From Flavobacteriales bacterium (lineage in GTDB: Bacteria; Bacteroidota; Bacteroidia; Flavobacteriales_F; PHOS-HE28), in contig JAWKNF010000008.1 in the NCBI GenBank assembly GCA_041391825.1, positions 36,943-100,942 of the forward strand: a stretch of 64,000 nt of DNA, given 5' to 3'. Made by a program: the position numbers and the translations under genes. Position 1 is the stretch's first letter; every line of letters begins with the position of its first letter. Of this stretch, positions 63,334-64,000 are shown one piece after another. A model generated the notes under the pieces. The model saw nothing but the letters and a program-made list of their open reading frames with translations, did not search any database and had not been told where the DNA came from.

Positions 63334-63381
63334 GGACGTGCCCTTTCAACGAGCCCGAGGCGCTCCGGGTTACGCTGGTGG

Positions 63382-63954
63382 CTACGGTTCCAAATTGGCC
63401 CGAATGCGGGACTCCATGGTCCGCAGCAAGGTCTCTATCCGAGCGGTAGCGCTCTCCCGCAGATCGGCATGCAGTGCGACCGTATTCCCATGCCCCAGTC
63501 CACGCACGGTCGTGATCGATGACTCATCGCGGAGCAAGCGGCCCATGCTGATACCGCCACGCGAGGTGGTGGTGTTCCCGGTGTGGATGAATTGCGACAC
63601 CACCACGCGGCATTCACCGGCCCGCACTTGGATGTGGATGGTATAGCCGATCGTTCCCATCGTCTCCTCCCGCCCGGTCAACATTTTCGAACGGAAGTTC
63701 ACGCGGGCAGCGCCCTCCACAACGCCTTCCTCACGGCTGGAACGGATCAATTTGGCCCCCGGCTCTTTTCCGAAGGTCCATGTCCAAGCCTCCATCACTT
63801 GATCGTAGAGTTGCACACCGTTCAACGGGATGCTCATTGAACGTGTGATCCCGAGCGGCTGAAGGGCGGTCTCAGGTTCTTGGGCCGCCGCTGGCCCACA
63901 TGTAAGCACCATAAGGATTATGTGGAGCAGGGGTCGGCGCATTCGAGGTCGCAA
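63382..63954 (-). CDS. Secreted hypothetical protein (DUF4468-like).
   Basis: Signal peptide MRPRMRRPLLHIILMVLTCGPAAAQ. No catalytic motif. Confidence 0.45.
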   Translation of the reverse strand: MRPRMRRPLLHIILMVLTCGPAAAQEPETALQPLGITRSMSIPLNGVQLYDQVMEAWTWTFGKEPGAKLIRSSREEGVVEGAARVNFRSKMLTGREETMGTIGYTIHIQVRAGECRVVVSQFIHTGNTTTSRGGISMGRLLRDESSITTVRGLGHGNTVALHADLRESATARIETLLRTMESRIRANLEP

Positions 63955-64000
63955 GTTAGTCCCGGGGCTTGCATCAAGGGGCTAACTTCGTGGTCTTATC

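Noticed and set aside
1-64000. Search for tRNA or rRNA genes, for example as the integration site of the low-GC island.
   Set aside because: No cloverleaf-compatible GTTCGAATCC-type T-arm or rRNA signature was spotted by eye. The GGATG...CATCC hairpins in the 47.3-48.8 kb array were tested mentally against tRNA geometry and do not fit.

Overview
This window looks like a high-GC (about 60-65%) chromosomal segment from a Bacteroidota-type bacterium. That inference rests on several T9SS C-terminal sorting domains, DUF6090-like paralogs, MacB/FtsX-type permeases and a Rho with a long disordered N-terminal insert. No BLAST, HMM, GC-window, repeat or folding computations were run; all calls come from reading the sequence and the ORF track.

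The left two thirds (1-33 kb) is ordinary, mostly intact coding sequence:
- Rho, a DUF4293-like membrane protein and a crotonase.
- A fatty-acid desaturase and a frameshifted adenylation-PCP-thioesterase (NRPS-like) gene.
- A tandem array of five DUF6090-like single-pass membrane paralogs.
- msrB, SDRs and an MFS transporter.
- T9SS cargo proteins and pepD.
- A MacA-MacB-type efflux operon with two FtsX permeases, followed by a sixth DUF6090 paralog.
- Small secreted proteins, including a thioredoxin with a T9SS tail.

From about 34 kb to 50 kb the character changes. No long clean ORFs remain, and recognisable genes are broken by many frameshifts and stops:
- a T9SS beta-propeller protein;
- a C5 cytosine methyltransferase, a GHKL ATPase and a Z1-domain P-loop protein, all inside a roughly 48% GC stretch at 37.85-44.5 kb;
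- a PaaZ-like aldehyde dehydrogenase-MaoC gene, another T9SS protein and a GNAT.

This decayed region also holds two unusual non-coding tandem arrays and a hairpin element present three times. The arrays are a 22-bp unit repeated about 18 times at 36.5-36.9 kb and a roughly 59/120-bp higher-order satellite-like array of 1.45 kb at 47.3-48.8 kb. The region looks like a decaying horizontally acquired defence/R-M island bracketed by repeats, although assembly indel errors cannot be excluded.

The right end (50-64 kb) is again intact. It carries a beta-helix T9SS protein, a Kv-like K+ channel with a C-terminal zinc ribbon, an APC permease, MscS, DUF389, a GNAT-nitrilase fusion and a CPA antiporter, then a prolyl oligopeptidase, a HisKA_2 kinase and a DUF4468-like protein. 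No rRNA, tRNA or CRISPR array was recognised.
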